A stretch of DNA of 64,000 bases. It comes from Eledone cirrhosa (Eukaryota). The notes below the pieces were generated by a model. The model had not been told where the DNA came from. It was given only the letters and a program-made list of their open reading frames with translations, and ran no database searches. This document shows positions 62,961 to 64,000 of the stretch, piece by piece. A program made the translations under genes and the position numbers. The stretch spans positions 118,296,001 to 118,360,000 of the forward strand of contig OZ024741.1 in the NCBI GenBank assembly GCA_964016885.1, read 5' to 3'. The stretch's first letter is position 1; each line of letters opens with the position of its first letter.

Positions 62961-63471
62961 GATGATCACAAATTGCAAAGGAGATAGAAAAACAAAACAT
63001 TTGATGGTAACATACATTTATGGTGAATTGACAGTTAGGGCATATTTATTTCTGTTGTTTGTGTTCTGTGGTCAAAATCTTGCCTTTCATCTTTTAGAGA
63101 GTTGATAAAATAATTTACCAGTCCGGGAGCAGTAGATTGGCAGAATTGTTAAAGCATCAAATGAGATTCCTTGTATCGGTTTTGGATCTGTGTGTTCTGA
63201 ATTTAAATCCAGCTGTGGTTTACTTAGGTGGTAGAACTAATTCTTCAGCCAGCTTAACATCACCACTTAGCCCTTAGGTGCCTTTAACAGGGTTCATTCT
63301 GTTACAAGCATTTGGGCCAAGTCTCCAGTTGAAGATACCTTCCTCCCTCACTCTCTCCTATCAGTCTGGAAGGTCTTGAAAAGGCTCTTGAGCACTGCCC
63401 TCCTCCGTGACTAAAACAATGATTATATATATCATGACCCTCCCAAAGTATAACAATATATATATATATAT

Positions 63472-64000
63472 ATCATCATCATCATCATCGTTTAACGTCC
63501 ATGTTCCACGCTTGCATGGGTTTGGACGGGGGTTTTCCCACTTGAGGCATAGGACTGTCTGGCAGGTTTTCTACAGTTGGATGCCCTTCCTAACACCAAC
63601 CACATTTACAGTGTGGGGCTGGGAGGTTTTTACCGTGTTGCCTACACGGCCACATTACAGCGTGGACTGTGTGTTTTTTGTCGTGACACCTACACGATCT
63701 CATTTGTTTCGGCCTGGATGTTGTGACACCAACATAACTTTACATTGAAAGGGGCGGTGTGGATGGGGTGGGGGTGGTGGGACGGGGGGTGTATTTTGTT
63801 AGAGAAGCCTACTGACTGTAGTAGGTTTTACTTTGTACTTAGGCAAGGCGGGTCTTCTCTATTACTGAGTACCGCCAAAGATCTCGGTCCAGTGACATTG
63901 TCTTGGAGAGGTGTAAGTGTGTGAGGTCCGAATTTATCAGGTCGTCCCAGGTTTTTCTGGGTCTGCCTACTCCGTAGCTACCGTCTATCTTTATTGCCCT
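63472..64000 (-). mobile_element. RTE LINE subfamily A, copy A7 (continues beyond the window)
   Basis: (CAT)n, A-type 3' UTR and end of ORF2. Confidence 0.92.

Overview
AT-rich animal genomic DNA; the repeat families resemble those I recall from coleoid cephalopods (probably an octopus), which is an inference. The window lies entirely inside one + strand gene, VAC14 (HEAT-repeat scaffold of the PIKfyve/Fab1-FIG4 complex). Thirteen coding exons (2769-53277, 1716 nt, about 572 codons) splice into one open frame; exon 1 and the 3' exons lie outside the window. Two introns carry minor-spliceosome (U12-type) GTATCCTTT donors. The introns are packed with transposons: at least 11 young RTE-clade LINE copies of two subfamilies (one nested in another) plus older ones, a complete LTR retrotransposon with a 5-bp TSD, an internally deleted Chapaev3-like DNA transposon, a non-autonomous Helitron, several MITEs, tRNA-derived SINEs, RLE-type LINE relics and satellites. 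Most notable: (1) the LTR element has no canonical primer-binding site, but the 12 nt abutting its 5' LTR are complementary to the first 12 nt of tRNA-Phe, suggesting priming by a short 5' tRNA fragment; (2) the RTE reverse transcriptases carry a PHD finger inserted inside the RT domain; (3) two separately inserted LINE copies share the same RT-inactivating frameshift. All family assignments come from motif recognition and memory, not database searches.
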